Source: Candidatus Minusculum obligatum (GTDB taxonomy: Bacteria; Patescibacteriota; Minisyncoccia; Phycocordibacterales; Phycocordibacteraceae). From it: DNA of 64,000 nucleotides. Of the stretch, positions 1 through 9,870 are shown piece by piece (the first letter of the stretch is position 1; each line of letters opens with the position of its first letter). Both the position numbers and the translations under genes were made by a program. The stretch is taken from positions 513,490-577,489 of the forward strand of contig CP174360.1 of assembly GCA_045401155.1 (NCBI GenBank), read 5' to 3'. The notes under the pieces are model-generated. The model was not told the DNA's origin. It made no database searches and saw only the letters and a list, made by a program, of their open reading frames with translations.

Positions 1-2258
1 TTCTCGTGATCTTCACTTTCATGTGTAGCAAATCCAATTGAACTCATGCGATCAATAAATTCTGCTCCTACATTTGAGGTAAGAATCACAATTGTATTCT
101 TAAAGTTTACCTTTCTTCCCTTTCCATCTGTAAGGTGACCACTATCAAGTACCTGAAGAAGAATATTAAATACCTCAGGATGCGCCTTCTCAATCTCATC
201 AAATAGAATTACTGAGTATGGACGATGCCGCACCTTCTCTGTAAGAGTTCCACTCTCTTCATGTCCAACGTATCCAGGAGGCGCTCCCACCATCTTAGAT
301 ACTGAGTGCTTCTCCATAAACTCACTCATATCTACACGAATAAGGTTATCCGGATCATTAAACATGAACTCAGCAAGACGCCGTGCAAGCTCTGTCTTAC
401 CAACTCCTGTTGGCCCGAGGAACATAAATGAACCAATTGGTCGGTTAGGATCTGAAATTCCCACACGTGAGCGCTTCACTGCATTTGAAATAGCTTCGAT
501 AGCCTCATCCTGTCCAACGATGTTATCTTTAAGCGCCACTTCCATACGTGCAAGCTTCTCAGCCTCTTCTTCAAGCATTTTTGAAACAGGAACTCCAGTC
601 CAGCGAGAAACCACTGATGCAATATCCGCTTCAGTAACCTCTTCTTTTAGAATACGTCGAGACTTTTGAAGTGTCTTCATGCGCTTCATTTTTGCCTCAA
701 GCTCCTTTTGCACCTCTGGAATCTGCCCATATCTAATCTCAGCAGCTGTTCCAAGATCTGCAACAGCCTCAGCATTATCCGCCTTTACCTTAAGCTCATC
801 GAGCTGATTTTTCATTGCACGAATAGACTCAAGCACTTCTTTCTCATTCTTCCACTTAAGCTCAAGCTCACTTGTCTTCTCCCGAAGATTAGCAATTTCT
901 TTCTCTACCTTTCGGATACGAGTATTAATTTGCTTCTTCGTATCATCATCTTCCAGATCCTTTTCAAGCGCTGCTTTTTCAATCTCAAGACGCCGAATCT
1001 TTCGGTCAGTGTCCTCAAGCTCAGCGGGCTTATTCTCAAGCGCAATACGAAGTGTAGATCCTGATTCATCAATAAGGTCAACTGCCTTATCTGGAAGATA
1101 TCGCTCAGTAAGATAACGAGAAGAAAGTTCTACTGCCGCGACAATCGCATCATCTGTAATACGCACGCCATGATATAGCTCATACTTGTCTCGAAGACCT
1201 CGAAGAATTGCAATCGCATCTTCAATACTTGGTTCATGCACATATACGGGCTGAAAACGCCGTGTAAGTGCCCCGTCTTTTTCAATATATTTTTGATACT
1301 CCTTGAGCGTAGTTGCACCAATGGTTCTAATCTCACCCCGGGCAAGCGCCGGCTTTAACATCTCACTTGCACTTACCGCACCTTCAGCGGAACCTGCACC
1401 TACAAGCGTGTGAAGCTCATCAATAAACAGAAGCACCTTTCCTTCAGATTTTTCAACCTCTTTCATGATGTTTTTCATGCGATCTTCAAACTCTCCACGG
1501 TACTTTGTTCCCGCAATCATCATTCCCAAATCAAGAGAAAGAAGCTCCTTCTCTTTTAAGGACTCTGGAATGTCTCCACTTGCAATACGCTGTGCCAAAC
1601 CTTCTGCGATAGCAGTCTTTCCAACTCCTGCCTCTCCAATGAGTACTGGATTATTTTTTGTACGCCTTGAAAGAATCTGGATCACACGATTAATTTCTTC
1701 ATCTCGCCCAATAACAGGATCAAGCTTATTCTCTTGCGCCATTTGCGTAAGGTTCCGTGTGTATTTAGTTAGTGCGCGGAACTTCTTTGGAGCTTCTACC
1801 TCTCCATCATTATTTTGCTTAATCTCAGTAAGTACTGAAAGCACCGTCTCCTGGTCAATCTTAAATCGATTAAGCAGCTCTTGCGCCTGTCCTGGATTCT
1901 CAATAAGCGCTACAAATAAATGCTCGGTGCCAATGAAAGAATCTCCAAGGTCTGCAGCAATAGCGCCAGCACTCTCAAGAGCCTGTGCTAGATCAGGAGT
2001 TAGATACAACTGGTAACTTGGAGAGAGTGTTGAGGAGCTTTCAGGAGACTCGAGCATCTCAAGCAAAGAGTCTGCAAGCAAAATGGCATCAATGTCCATT
2101 CGATCGAGCATTGAAAATACGAGACTCTCTTCTTGTAATACAAGTGCAGCTAAAAGATGCGCTGGGTTTACATGATTTTGCCCACGCTCAATAGCAAGCT
2201 CGTGCGCCTTACGCACCGCTTCCTTTGCTTTTGTTGTGAAATTCTTAAATGGTTGCAT
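1..2258 (-). CDS. clpB: ATP-dependent chaperone ClpB (C-terminal ~100 aa cut by window edge)
   Basis: Reverse-strand translation gives N-domain (MQPFKNF...), two AAA+ modules (GEAGVGKT, Walker B), a coiled-coil middle domain and the C-terminal GYVGHEESGTLTE motif. It is not in the ORF track because it runs off the edge; the +strand ORFs in this span are antisense shadows. Confidence 0.85.
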   Translation of the reverse strand, partial: MQPFKNFTTKAKEAVRKAHELAIERGQNHVNPAHLLAALVLQEESLVFSMLDRMDIDAILLADSLLEMLESPESSSTLSPSYQLYLTPDLAQALESAGAIAADLGDSFIGTEHLFVALIENPGQAQELLNRFKIDQETVLSVLTEIKQNNDGEVEAPKKFRALTKYTRNLTQMAQENKLDPVIGRDEEINRVIQILSRRTKNNPVLIGEAGVGKTAIAEGLAQRIASGDIPESLKEKELLSLDLGMMIAGTKYRGEFEDRMKNIMKEVEKSEGKVLLFIDELHTLVGAGSAEGAVSASEMLKPALARGEIRTIGATTLKEYQKYIEKDGALTRRFQPVYVHEPSIEDAIAILRGLRDKYELYHGVRITDDAIVAAVELSSRYLTERYLPDKAVDLIDESGSTLRIALENKPAELEDTDRKIRRLEIEKAALEKDLEDDDTKKQINTRIRKVEKEIANLREKTSELELKWKNEKEVLESIRAMKNQLDELKVKADNAEAVADLGTAAEIRYGQIPEVQKELEAKMKRMKTLQKSRRILKEEVTEADIASVVSRWTGVPVSKMLEEEAEKLARMEVALKDNIVGQDEAIEAISNAVKRSRVGISDPNRPIGSFMFLGPTGVGKTELARRLAEFMFNDPDNLIRVDMSEFMEKHSVSKMVGAPPGYVGHEESGTLTEKVRHRPYSVILFDEIEKAHPEVFNILLQVLDSGHLTDGKGRKVNFKNTIVILTSNVGAEFIDRMSSIGFATHESEDHE

Positions 2259-3054
2259 TTTCTTCTTCAGGTTCTTCCGAAGACGTGAATGCATTTAGTA
2301 CAGAAACAATTTCATCGGCACTTATAAACCGTGCTCCTGATCCTTCTGCAACTTTTACGTGCATTCCAATTATGTCTCCGAGCGTTGTAATAAGTGTTGT
2401 TCCATACGGAAGTCTTGATTGTGCAATATTTGTATCAATATTTGCTCCCGTAATCAGTGAGACGATACCTGTCTCAACTGCCCCCTTCTTTGCAAGTGCA
2501 AAGACACTCTGTCCTCGACGAACGTTCTCCATGCTTGCAAACTCATATCCCGTAATCTTAGGCAGCACCTGCCCTTCTTTCAAGACCGGTTGCAATAGTG
2601 CCACTCCATTCTCTGCCTCATCTACCACCTCTGCTGAAACCACAGTTCCTTCATGGAAGGCAATGAGTAGATTCTCTTTCTGCACCCCATCAACTCCAGT
2701 TGCGATAAGCCCTTGCTTTGGCAAGAACAGACCTGATGCAATTGCTGGAGTTGTAGTTGCTGCAGAGTAGATTGAAACAACGCGTGGTGCATGTGCTTGC
2801 ACAGAATCTCCTAGCACATCTTCTTCCTTTACCACCACGGTTGTCTCTCGAGTAACAACAGCTGCTCCACCACCCTCCACTTGCTCAACCTTCTCAATTG
2901 TTCGTTCAACTACACGGTTTACAGTCTGCGTAACAGTCTGTGGAGTCTCCTCCAAAAGACTTACAGTTAATACTCCAGTTGCAGTTGAAGTAACAAACGA
3001 TACAAGAAGCGTTAGAAGTAAAAGTTGTGATTTTGAGAGCTGTTCGATATCCAT
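2245..3054 (-). CDS. Trypsin-like (HtrA/S1C-family) protease homolog with N-terminal TM anchor and no PDZ domain; catalytic triad apparently not conserved
   Basis: Blocks collinear with the HtrA protease domain (GSGF..TNNHVV / DLALL / GNSGG regions), but the His, Asp and Ser positions appear substituted (ATGVDGV / ENGVALL / PYGTT). Overlaps the clpB start by ~14 nt on the same strand. Confidence 0.5.
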   Translation of the reverse strand: MDIEQLSKSQLLLLTLLVSFVTSTATGVLTVSLLEETPQTVTQTVNRVVERTIEKVEQVEGGGAAVVTRETTVVVKEEDVLGDSVQAHAPRVVSIYSAATTTPAIASGLFLPKQGLIATGVDGVQKENLLIAFHEGTVVSAEVVDEAENGVALLQPVLKEGQVLPKITGYEFASMENVRRGQSVFALAKKGAVETGIVSLITGANIDTNIAQSRLPYGTTLITTLGDIIGMHVKVAEGSGARFISADEIVSVLNAFTSSEEPEEENATI

Positions 3055-3142
3055 ATCCTAAGTATACGAAGCAAGCGAAAGAAAGACAAATTACAACGCT
3101 TGAACTAATAGAAATGTACGACTAATCACTACCTAGGTCAAC

Positions 3143-4813
3143 CTATTTTTCTTTTTCAAAATCAAGATACGCGAATGGGTCCACATCACCTCGAAGCACT
3201 TTCTTTCCTGGATTAAAAATATCTATCGGGTCCATTATTTTCTCTACTTTTTCAAAGAGATCCATCATCTCACTACCGAACATACGCTCTACATACGGAG
3301 TACGCACATATCCATCATTGTGCTCTCCTGAGATTGATCCATTGTATGAGAGCACTAACTCATATACACGCTCGCTCATCTCCTCAATAATTTGCCGAGC
3401 ATCTTTCCTCTTAGGATCCATAAGTGGAATGATATGGAAATTCCCATCCCCCACATGACCTGCAATTGTATACGTAAGGTCATACTCATTAAGAATTGCA
3501 TTTAACTTCGGAAGAAATTCCGTAAGTGTCTTTGGTGGCACCACAAAGTCTTCAATAAATGGCGCAGTTCGCTTCCCGCGCACCTTTTTGCGCAGCAAGT
3601 TAAAACTCTCTCGACGTACGGTCCAGTATTTTTGTGCAGCCTTTTTGTCTTTTGCAAAAAATGTTCCAATCTCTTTATTATCTTTTTTAATCTCCTCAAG
3701 AAGCTTCTTTGCTTTCTCTTGTACTTCTTTTTGATCATGAGACGTAAACTCAACCAAAAGCACAAGCTTGGGCACTCCTGATGTAAGAAGTCGTATAACC
3801 TCAGGAAGAAAAGAGATCCCTAGAGAAATAATGTTACTTCGCATCTGCACCGCAAACTCTGGAAAGTACTTTGTCGCAAGTTTAAATGTGTTGTCATCGT
3901 ATGACTCAAATGAATCTGGAGCGTGTTTTAAAATCTTTGGAATAAGAGATCCAAGATCATTTAGATCTTTTACAAAGAACACTGCCATCGAAGACTTTTC
4001 CTTTGGTGGAATAAGTGCAAACTTTATCTTCGTCACAATTCCCATGGTTCCCTGACTTCCAACTAAAAGCCGTGCAAGATTTAGAGAATGGGACCCATCT
4101 CCAATGTCCCAAAGCGCATACCCTGAAGAGTTCTTCTCTACTCCGGGCTTCTTCTTCTCAATAAGATCTTTATTCTCCGCTATAAGATTTCCAATCTCTC
4201 TATAGAGCGCACCCTCAAACGTATCTTCTTTTTTCTTTTGAGAGAGAAGGTCTCCTTCTAGATTTTTAAATGTATATACCTCTCCATCTGCAAGCACCAC
4301 CTCAAGCTCTTTTACGTATCGTGCCGTCTTCCCATATTTTAAATTCTTCTCACCCCCTGAATCATTTCCAACCATTCCTCCCACTGTACAAATTTCTCGA
4401 GATGCCGTGTATGAAGGGAGCTCAAGATTATGTTTTTTGGACTCTCTATCGAAATCTCTGAAATATACTCCCGGTTCTACGTACGCAAAATCATCCCCAA
4501 ATGCCAAAATCTTTGAAAAATGCGGAAGCATATCAACCACAATTGAATCAGTAAGCGGTCCACCACTCATATCAGTCCCTGCAGCTCGAGGTGTGAGATC
4601 TATGTCTCTACCCTTTTCTTTTTCTGCTTTTACAAAACGAACAAGCTTCTGCAGATCCTCTACATTTTTAGGAGCAACAACTACAGACGGCTTACGTACA
4701 AAAAGGCTCGCATCTCGACTATATTTTTCTAACGTTTCTTTTGAGTCATCAACATCTCCGTCGATGACATTTTTGAGTTCCTCGGCAAGAGTCATATGCC
4801 GAAATTGTATCAC
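3143..4813 (-). CDS. FAD-binding oxidoreductase (FAD-linked oxidase / GlcD-like, PCMH-type FAD domain)
   Basis: PSVVVAPKNVEDLQKLVRF and downstream G-rich FAD-binding motifs; 556 aa. Confidence 0.6.
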   Translation of the reverse strand: MIQFRHMTLAEELKNVIDGDVDDSKETLEKYSRDASLFVRKPSVVVAPKNVEDLQKLVRFVKAEKEKGRDIDLTPRAAGTDMSGGPLTDSIVVDMLPHFSKILAFGDDFAYVEPGVYFRDFDRESKKHNLELPSYTASREICTVGGMVGNDSGGEKNLKYGKTARYVKELEVVLADGEVYTFKNLEGDLLSQKKKEDTFEGALYREIGNLIAENKDLIEKKKPGVEKNSSGYALWDIGDGSHSLNLARLLVGSQGTMGIVTKIKFALIPPKEKSSMAVFFVKDLNDLGSLIPKILKHAPDSFESYDDNTFKLATKYFPEFAVQMRSNIISLGISFLPEVIRLLTSGVPKLVLLVEFTSHDQKEVQEKAKKLLEEIKKDNKEIGTFFAKDKKAAQKYWTVRRESFNLLRKKVRGKRTAPFIEDFVVPPKTLTEFLPKLNAILNEYDLTYTIAGHVGDGNFHIIPLMDPKRKDARQIIEEMSERVYELVLSYNGSISGEHNDGYVRTPYVERMFGSEMMDLFEKVEKIMDPIDIFNPGKKVLRGDVDPFAYLDFEKEK

Positions 4814-4816
4814 GCT

Positions 4817-5998
4817 CTATAGGAAGGCTTTCCCTTCTTCATCTAGAAATGCGACGCATTTAATAAGTGCCGCAACAAATGCTTCCATATCTTTTTTCTT
4901 TGTATCTGGCCCAAGCGTAATACGAAGCGTAGAAAGCGCCCTTCCCTCATCTTGTGTTAGTACACGTACAACATCTGAGCCTTTACCTGCTCCTGAGTCA
5001 CAGGTAATCTTGGTTGAAACCGCAAACCCTTCTTTATCTAAAAGTGCTGCAAGGTACTCACTGTCTCGTCCCACAAATGACATATTTATATTATTTGGGC
5101 TTCGTTCTTCTTTATCTCCATTTAAAAATACATTTGAAATATTCTTTTCAATTTCATTGATCGTCCAATTCCGCAAAAGTGCGATTTCTTCTGCACGCTT
5201 CTCGTATAATTTCTGAGCCTTCTTTAAAGCCTCTGCAAACCCAACTGCAAGAAACACGTTCTCTGTACCTGGCCTATACCCCCACTCTTGCTTCCCTCCA
5301 AACACAATTGGAAAAAGTTCTACATTTTTTTTCTTTATCAAAACGCCACTACCTCGTGGTCCACCAAACTTTTGTCCATCTAGCACGAGCATGTCGACAC
5401 CCACACGCTCCATAAGCACTGAGTGGAATAGTGCAGCTTGAGCAGCATCTGCATGCACCGCGATACTTTCATTATATTTTGCAACCACCTTCTTTATCTT
5501 CCGAAGCGGCATCACGGTACCAATCTCACTATTTACATACTGTACTGATACGAGCACTGTTTTATCCTGGAGCTCTTTCTCAATACTCTCTGGGGTAATG
5601 ATTCCTGCTTCATTTGGGAATACCACGCTCACATGCACACCCTTCTCCTTAAGCGCCTCAATGCTCTTAAGTACATTTACATGCTCAATAGCAGAAGTGA
5701 TTACGTGCATATCTTTATATGTACGCCCTTTTTTCTTTAATCCTTCAATGTGCCCGATAATGGCAAGTGTGTTTGCTTCAGTTGCTCCTGACGCAAAGAT
5801 AATCTCCTCAGGTTTTACCTTAAGTGCGTCTGCGACAGATCTACGCGCTTCTTCAAGCACTTCTTTCGCCTCTCTGCCTTCGGTGTGATTTGCACCAGGA
5901 TTTCCATACACATCGAGCATGTACGGACGCATCTTTAAAAACACGTCTTTATCCATTGGCATGGCACTCGCGTAATCTAAATAGACTCTCTTCTTCAT
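4817..5998 (-). CDS. Cysteine desulfurase (class V aminotransferase, IscS/NifS-like)
   Basis: Starts at internal Met MKKRVYLDYASAMP. PLP-fold motifs, active-site region and C-terminal TCDSGAG-like loop. The upstream part of the long ORF is an unlikely extension. Confidence 0.75.
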   Translation of the reverse strand: MKKRVYLDYASAMPMDKDVFLKMRPYMLDVYGNPGANHTEGREAKEVLEEARRSVADALKVKPEEIIFASGATEANTLAIIGHIEGLKKKGRTYKDMHVITSAIEHVNVLKSIEALKEKGVHVSVVFPNEAGIITPESIEKELQDKTVLVSVQYVNSEIGTVMPLRKIKKVVAKYNESIAVHADAAQAALFHSVLMERVGVDMLVLDGQKFGGPRGSGVLIKKKNVELFPIVFGGKQEWGYRPGTENVFLAVGFAEALKKAQKLYEKRAEEIALLRNWTINEIEKNISNVFLNGDKEERSPNNINMSFVGRDSEYLAALLDKEGFAVSTKITCDSGAGKGSDVVRVLTQDEGRALSTLRITLGPDTKKKDMEAFVAALIKCVAFLDEEGKAFL

Positions 5999-6016
5999 AT
6001 ATATTGTTGTACGCTC

Positions 6017-6541
6017 TTGTTTGCAAAAGAGCAAGTAAGCGACTACCATAGCTCCATGACTGAGCTTTTTGGATTTTCTATCACTGCCGAGATGATGATC
6101 ACCGCACTTGCGGGACTTTTTATCTTGAATCTTATTCTTCTGACGCTTGTAATTGTTCTCTTTGTTCGCCTTGGAAAAGTGTTTAAAGGAAAAGGTGCGC
6201 AAAACTTTGAAGATGTGATCGCAACACTTGTAAAACACAAGGGTTCTGTAGAGGAATTTCAAAAAGAAGTGGTAAAAACATTTGAAAACCACAAACTCCG
6301 TATTGCAAAGTCCATTAAAAACCCAGAAGTACTACGCTTTGACGCCTTTCACGGCACAGGCGAAGGTGGGAAGCAAAGTTTTGCTACCGCGCTTGTAAGT
6401 GAAGATGGTAATGGTATGGTGCTCTCAAGCCTATATATGCGCGATAAAATGCGCATCTACGCAAAGCCAATTACTGGCTTTACCTCAACCTTTGAACTCA
6501 CTGAAGAGGAGCAACAGGCACTAGCTAATGCAAAGAAATAA
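6017..6541 (+). CDS. DUF4446-like small membrane protein
   Basis: One N-terminal TM helix then a conserved KGAQNFEDVIATLVKHKGSVEEF region typical of the DUF4446 family; the true start may be the internal Met at ~6056. Confidence 0.45.
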   Translation: MFAKEQVSDYHSSMTELFGFSITAEMMITALAGLFILNLILLTLVIVLFVRLGKVFKGKGAQNFEDVIATLVKHKGSVEEFQKEVVKTFENHKLRIAKSIKNPEVLRFDAFHGTGEGGKQSFATALVSEDGNGMVLSSLYMRDKMRIYAKPITGFTSTFELTEEEQQALANAKK

Positions 6542-6542
6542 T

Positions 6543-8030
6543 ATGAGCGACAAAAATACAGTACGACCTCCAGTAGTAGCCGTAATGGGACACATTGACC
6601 ACGGTAAGTCTTCACTGCTTGATTACATTCGTAAAAGTAACATCGTAGAAGGAGAAGCAGGCGGTATCACCCAGCATGTTTCAGCATATGAAGTACTACA
6701 CAGTACTGATGATGGAGAGAAAAAGATTACCTTCCTTGATACACCAGGACATGAAGCCTTCCAGGCAATGCGCTCAAGTGGAGCAACCATTGCAGACATT
6801 GCCATTCTTGTTGTTGCTGCAGATGACGGTGTAAAACCTCAAACCCTTGAGGCGCTTGCTGCAATTAAAGATGCATCTATTCCCTACATTGTCGCTATCA
6901 CAAAAACAGATAAGCCAGATGCAAATATAGAGAAAGTAAAGACATCTCTACTTGAGAATGAGATCTATCTTGAGGGACTTGGAGGAGATGTGCCGTACAC
7001 TCCAGTATCTTCTAAGACTGGAGATGGTATTCCTGAACTTCTTGATCTTATTCTTCTTGCAGCAGACCTGCAGGAGCTTACGGGAGATGCCTCAGCTCCA
7101 GCTGAAGGTATTGTGCTTGAAGCTACACGAGATAAGCAGCGTGGAGACTCAGCGACACTTATCATCAAGAACGGAAGCCTCTCTACTGGATCATTTATCG
7201 TTGCAGGAAGCTCTATTGCCCCTGTACGCTTCATTGAGGACTTTATGGGAGAGCGCGTAGATTCTGCCACATTCTCTTCTCCTGTGCGCATTGTAGGCTT
7301 CTCAGAGCTACCTCCAGTTGGAGCTCTATTTACAACCGTAGATAAGAAGAAAGAGGCCGAGAAACTTGCAAAGGAAGGGGGTGTAACAATCGAGAAAGTC
7401 TCAATGGAGCAAAAGAGCGAGACTGGAGAAATTCTCCCTCTTATTATCAAAGCGGACGTGGCAGGAAGTATCCCAGCTATCGTACACGAGCTTGAAAAAA
7501 TCTCACACGACAATATCGGCATCAAGGTACTTGATAGCGGATTAGGAGCCATCAATGAAAACGATATTAAAACAGCCATTGCTGCTCCAAACGGAATCTG
7601 TGTAGGGTTTAATACAAAGATCGACTCAGCTGCAGCCGATCTTGCAGATCGCATGGAGATTGATGCAAAAACATTTACCATTATCTATGAGCTTGCTGAG
7701 TATGTAGAGGAAGTGCTAAATGCCCGCGCACCAAAAGTGAAAAAGGAAGAAATACTTGGACGAGCTAAGATTCTTCGACTCTTTAATAAAAATGGAAACA
7801 AGCAGGTGTTTGGAGGAAAAGTAAAAGAAGGAGAAATTAAGGTGAAGCACAATGTACGTGTATATCGTCGTGATGTGCTTCTTGGAGAAGGAAAACTTAC
7901 AAACCTTCAGAGTATGCGCGCAGATGTGGATAGCGTACCTACAGATACTGAGTTTGGAGCAGAAATTGAAAGTAAGGTTGAACTTGCTGAAGGAGACTAC
8001 ATTGAGGCGTATACTATAGTTGAATCATGA
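6543..8030 (+). CDS. infB: Translation initiation factor IF-2, short form lacking N-terminal domains
   Basis: G domain [25 protein letters not shown], then domains II-IV; ~495 aa. Confidence 0.9.
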   Translation: MSDKNTVRPPVVAVMGHIDHGKSSLLDYIRKSNIVEGEAGGITQHVSAYEVLHSTDDGEKKITFLDTPGHEAFQAMRSSGATIADIAILVVAADDGVKPQTLEALAAIKDASIPYIVAITKTDKPDANIEKVKTSLLENEIYLEGLGGDVPYTPVSSKTGDGIPELLDLILLAADLQELTGDASAPAEGIVLEATRDKQRGDSATLIIKNGSLSTGSFIVAGSSIAPVRFIEDFMGERVDSATFSSPVRIVGFSELPPVGALFTTVDKKKEAEKLAKEGGVTIEKVSMEQKSETGEILPLIIKADVAGSIPAIVHELEKISHDNIGIKVLDSGLGAINENDIKTAIAAPNGICVGFNTKIDSAAADLADRMEIDAKTFTIIYELAEYVEEVLNARAPKVKKEEILGRAKILRLFNKNGNKQVFGGKVKEGEIKVKHNVRVYRRDVLLGEGKLTNLQSMRADVDSVPTDTEFGAEIESKVELAEGDYIEAYTIVES

Positions 8031-8350
8031 CCGAGAGACAGCAAAAGGTGCGCGAGGAGATCATCAAGATAAGTGGTGAGTTTATTGCTCGTGAAGCAAA
8101 CCGCAATAACCTCATCACAGTGACTGATGCAAACATTTCTCCTGACCTAAAGCAGGCAACCATTTTCATCAGTGTCTTTCCTACAGATAATGAAGAGGGT
8201 GCGCTTGCCTTCTTAAAGCGACACCGAAATGATTTTCGAAGTTTTGTAAAAAAGCGAATTTCATTTAAAGTACTTCCATTCGTTGATTTCAAGATTGATT
8301 ACGGGGAGAAAAATCGTCAACGAATTGATACACTCTCTTCGGAGGGGTAA
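8027..8350 (+). CDS. rbfA: Ribosome-binding factor A
   Basis: RbfA-family sequence (KQATIFISVFPTD...); ATGA overlap with the infB stop; conserved infB-rbfA order. Confidence 0.85.
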   Translation: MTERQQKVREEIIKISGEFIAREANRNNLITVTDANISPDLKQATIFISVFPTDNEEGALAFLKRHRNDFRSFVKKRISFKVLPFVDFKIDYGEKNRQRIDTLSSEG

Positions 8351-8353
8351 GAT

Positions 8354-8425
8354 GGCCTGATGGCGAAGTGGTAACGCTGCGGTTTGCAAAACCGCCATGC
8401 GCGGGTTCGATTCCCGCTCAGGCCT
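8354..8425 (+). tRNA. tRNA-Cys (GCA)
   Basis: Cloverleaf by eye: acceptor ggcctga/tcaggcc, anticodon stem gcggt/accgc with loop ttGCAaa, T-arm gcggg-ttcgatt-cccgc, discriminator U. No encoded CCA. Confidence 0.85.
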
Positions 8426-8432
8426 CAATTTT

Positions 8433-8519
8433 GCCGGGATGGTGGAATTGGTAGACACGAGGGACTTAAACTCCCTTGATCAATTTATGATCGTGCGGGT
8501 TCGATTCCCGCTCCCGGCA
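8433..8519 (+). tRNA. tRNA-Leu (TAA), long variable arm
   Basis: Acceptor gccggga/tcccggc, anticodon stem aggga/tccct with loop ctTAAac, variable hairpin, T-arm gcggg-ttcgatt-cccgc. Confidence 0.85.
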
Positions 8520-8568
8520 CAAACATCTATTGCAAAATCTCGATAGTTCGATACTATCTCCCCTATAT

Positions 8569-8641
8569 CCGCCTATAGCTCAGCTGGTAGAGCAACTGCC
8601 TCTTAAGCAGTGGGTCCTAGGTTCGAGTCCTAGTGGGCGGA
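8569..8641 (+). tRNA. tRNA-Lys (CTT)
   Basis: D-arm gctcagctggtagagc, anticodon stem actgc/gcagt with loop ctCTTaa, T-arm ctagg-ttcgagt-cctag, acceptor ccgccta/tgggcgg (apparent C1:G72). Confidence 0.75.
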
Positions 8642-8660
8642 CACGCATTTGCGTAGCCAC

Positions 8661-8742
8661 GGGGATGTGGCGGAATTGGTAGACGCGCTAGTCTTAGGAA
8701 CTAGTAGGGCAACCTGTGGGGGTTCAAGTCCCCCCATCCCCA
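8661..8742 (+). tRNA. tRNA-Leu (TAG), long variable arm
   Basis: Acceptor ggggatg/catcccc, anticodon stem ctagt/actag with loop ctTAGga, T-arm ggggg-ttcaagt-ccccc. Confidence 0.85.
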
Positions 8743-8756
8743 CAAGTGTATGAATG

Positions 8757-8784
8757 AAGCCGCTTTATTAAGCGGTTTTATTCT
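8757..8784 (+). terminator. Rho-independent terminator after the infB-rbfA-tRNA cluster
   Basis: Hairpin gccgcttt-atta-aagcggt followed by a T-run. Confidence 0.6.
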
Positions 8785-8811
8785 TGACTATTGACATGTT
8801 TATGGTATAAT
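8784..8811 (+). promoter_or_regulatory. Sigma70-like promoter (TTGACT-16 nt-TATAAT) for the SPFH operon
   Basis: Near-consensus -35 and -10 hexamers with 16-nt spacer upstream of 8869. Confidence 0.55.
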
Positions 8812-8868
8812 AAATCTAGACACGTTGTTTGTCATCAAAACCTAGCAAAACAGAAAGGGGGTTCCTCC

Positions 8869-9870
8869 ATGTGGTGGAGCACATCTCTTTGGATCACTGG
8901 AGGAGTCCTCCTCTTGCTGATCATCGCGTTTTTCCTTTCCAAGAAAGGAACTACGCTTTCATTGGCTGTTGGTGTCGCTTTTAGCGTCCTCATCGGTCTT
9001 CTCATCTATGGAACAATCATCTATGCGCTTCGGCTCGAGATGTTCGTTCCGTCTTGGTTCGCGCAAATAGCCGCTCAAGTCATAGCGGCGGCAGCTGGCT
9101 TTCAAGTCTATCGGTTTGGAAGCGTTCTTGTGCCCCTAAAGCACAAGGCCGTGATCACCATCTTCGAAGAACGTCGGGATGAATGTCCGACCCTCGAAGA
9201 AGGCGCTGCCTGGCTTTTCCCCGGATTCATGAATGCCATCGCGGTCGATGCTCGGAAGTTCAATATTGATATTCCGCCTTTTTTCGTCTTCACAGAAGAC
9301 CTTATTAAGGTGGAGCTCAATCTTTCGAGCATCCTCTCGGTTGAGTGCCCAAACAAATATCTAAATGTCGATGCTGCAGAAAATATGATTCAGCAGCTCG
9401 CACGGCGCGCAGCGCGTGCCTGCTCAAACGACATTGGCGTAAGAGACATTGTCAAGCAAGACGACAAGATCTCCACCGCCATTCATGAAGAAGTTCAGGG
9501 TATTGTCTCTGATTGGGGCCTGAAGGTCCACTATATCAAGGCGGAGAATATCACGCCGCCTGATGAGATCGCGATGGAAGCTCAGCGCAAAGTGATCGAA
9601 GAGATCCAGCGCGAGGCGGAAGAGTATGAGGCGGAAACGCTTCAGCGGAAAATTTCCATTCTCGTCGACAAGTTCGAAAAGTATGGAATGACGCCGGACA
9701 AGGCCGCAAACCTGATCCAAGCAGAATCCAGCAAGATCACGCGTACGGCGTTTGACCTTGAGGGCATTGACAGTGTTAATGTCCTTCAGGCAGTCATCGC
9801 TTTCGCCGAAGCTCTGAAGGGCAAGGGATCGAAAGATACTGCTGGTACGGAAGAGGAGAGTGCGTCATGA
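8869..9870 (+). CDS. SPFH/band-7 domain membrane protein (HflK/HflC-stomatin family)
   Basis: Start MWWSTSLW preceded by an AAGGGGG Shine-Dalgarno. N-terminal TM segments, then a region collinear with HflK (VELNLSSILSVECPNKYLNV ... ITPPDEIAMEAQRKVIEEIQREAEEYEAE vs VEMNVQYRVTNPEKYLYSV ... RPPEEVKAAFDDAI..EAEAY). Gene body is markedly GC-richer than surrounding DNA. Confidence 0.75.
   Translation: MWWSTSLWITGGVLLLLIIAFFLSKKGTTLSLAVGVAFSVLIGLLIYGTIIYALRLEMFVPSWFAQIAAQVIAAAAGFQVYRFGSVLVPLKHKAVITIFEERRDECPTLEEGAAWLFPGFMNAIAVDARKFNIDIPPFFVFTEDLIKVELNLSSILSVECPNKYLNVDAAENMIQQLARRAARACSNDIGVRDIVKQDDKISTAIHEEVQGIVSDWGLKVHYIKAENITPPDEIAMEAQRKVIEEIQREAEEYEAETLQRKISILVDKFEKYGMTPDKAANLIQAESSKITRTAFDLEGIDSVNVLQAVIAFAEALKGKGSKDTAGTEEESAS

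Noticed and set aside
364-2016. Plus-strand ORFs 364..669, 666..1064 and 1465..2016 (S/L-rich, low complexity)
   Set aside because: They lie antisense to the well-supported clpB reading frame and show no motifs; they are classic shadow ORFs of a conserved gene.
2249-2770. Plus-strand 173-aa ORF
   Set aside because: Antisense to the HtrA-like gene; S/T-rich low-complexity translation.
8261-8458. Minus-strand 65-aa ORF
   Set aside because: Overlaps tRNA-Cys and tRNA-Leu, which are far better supported.
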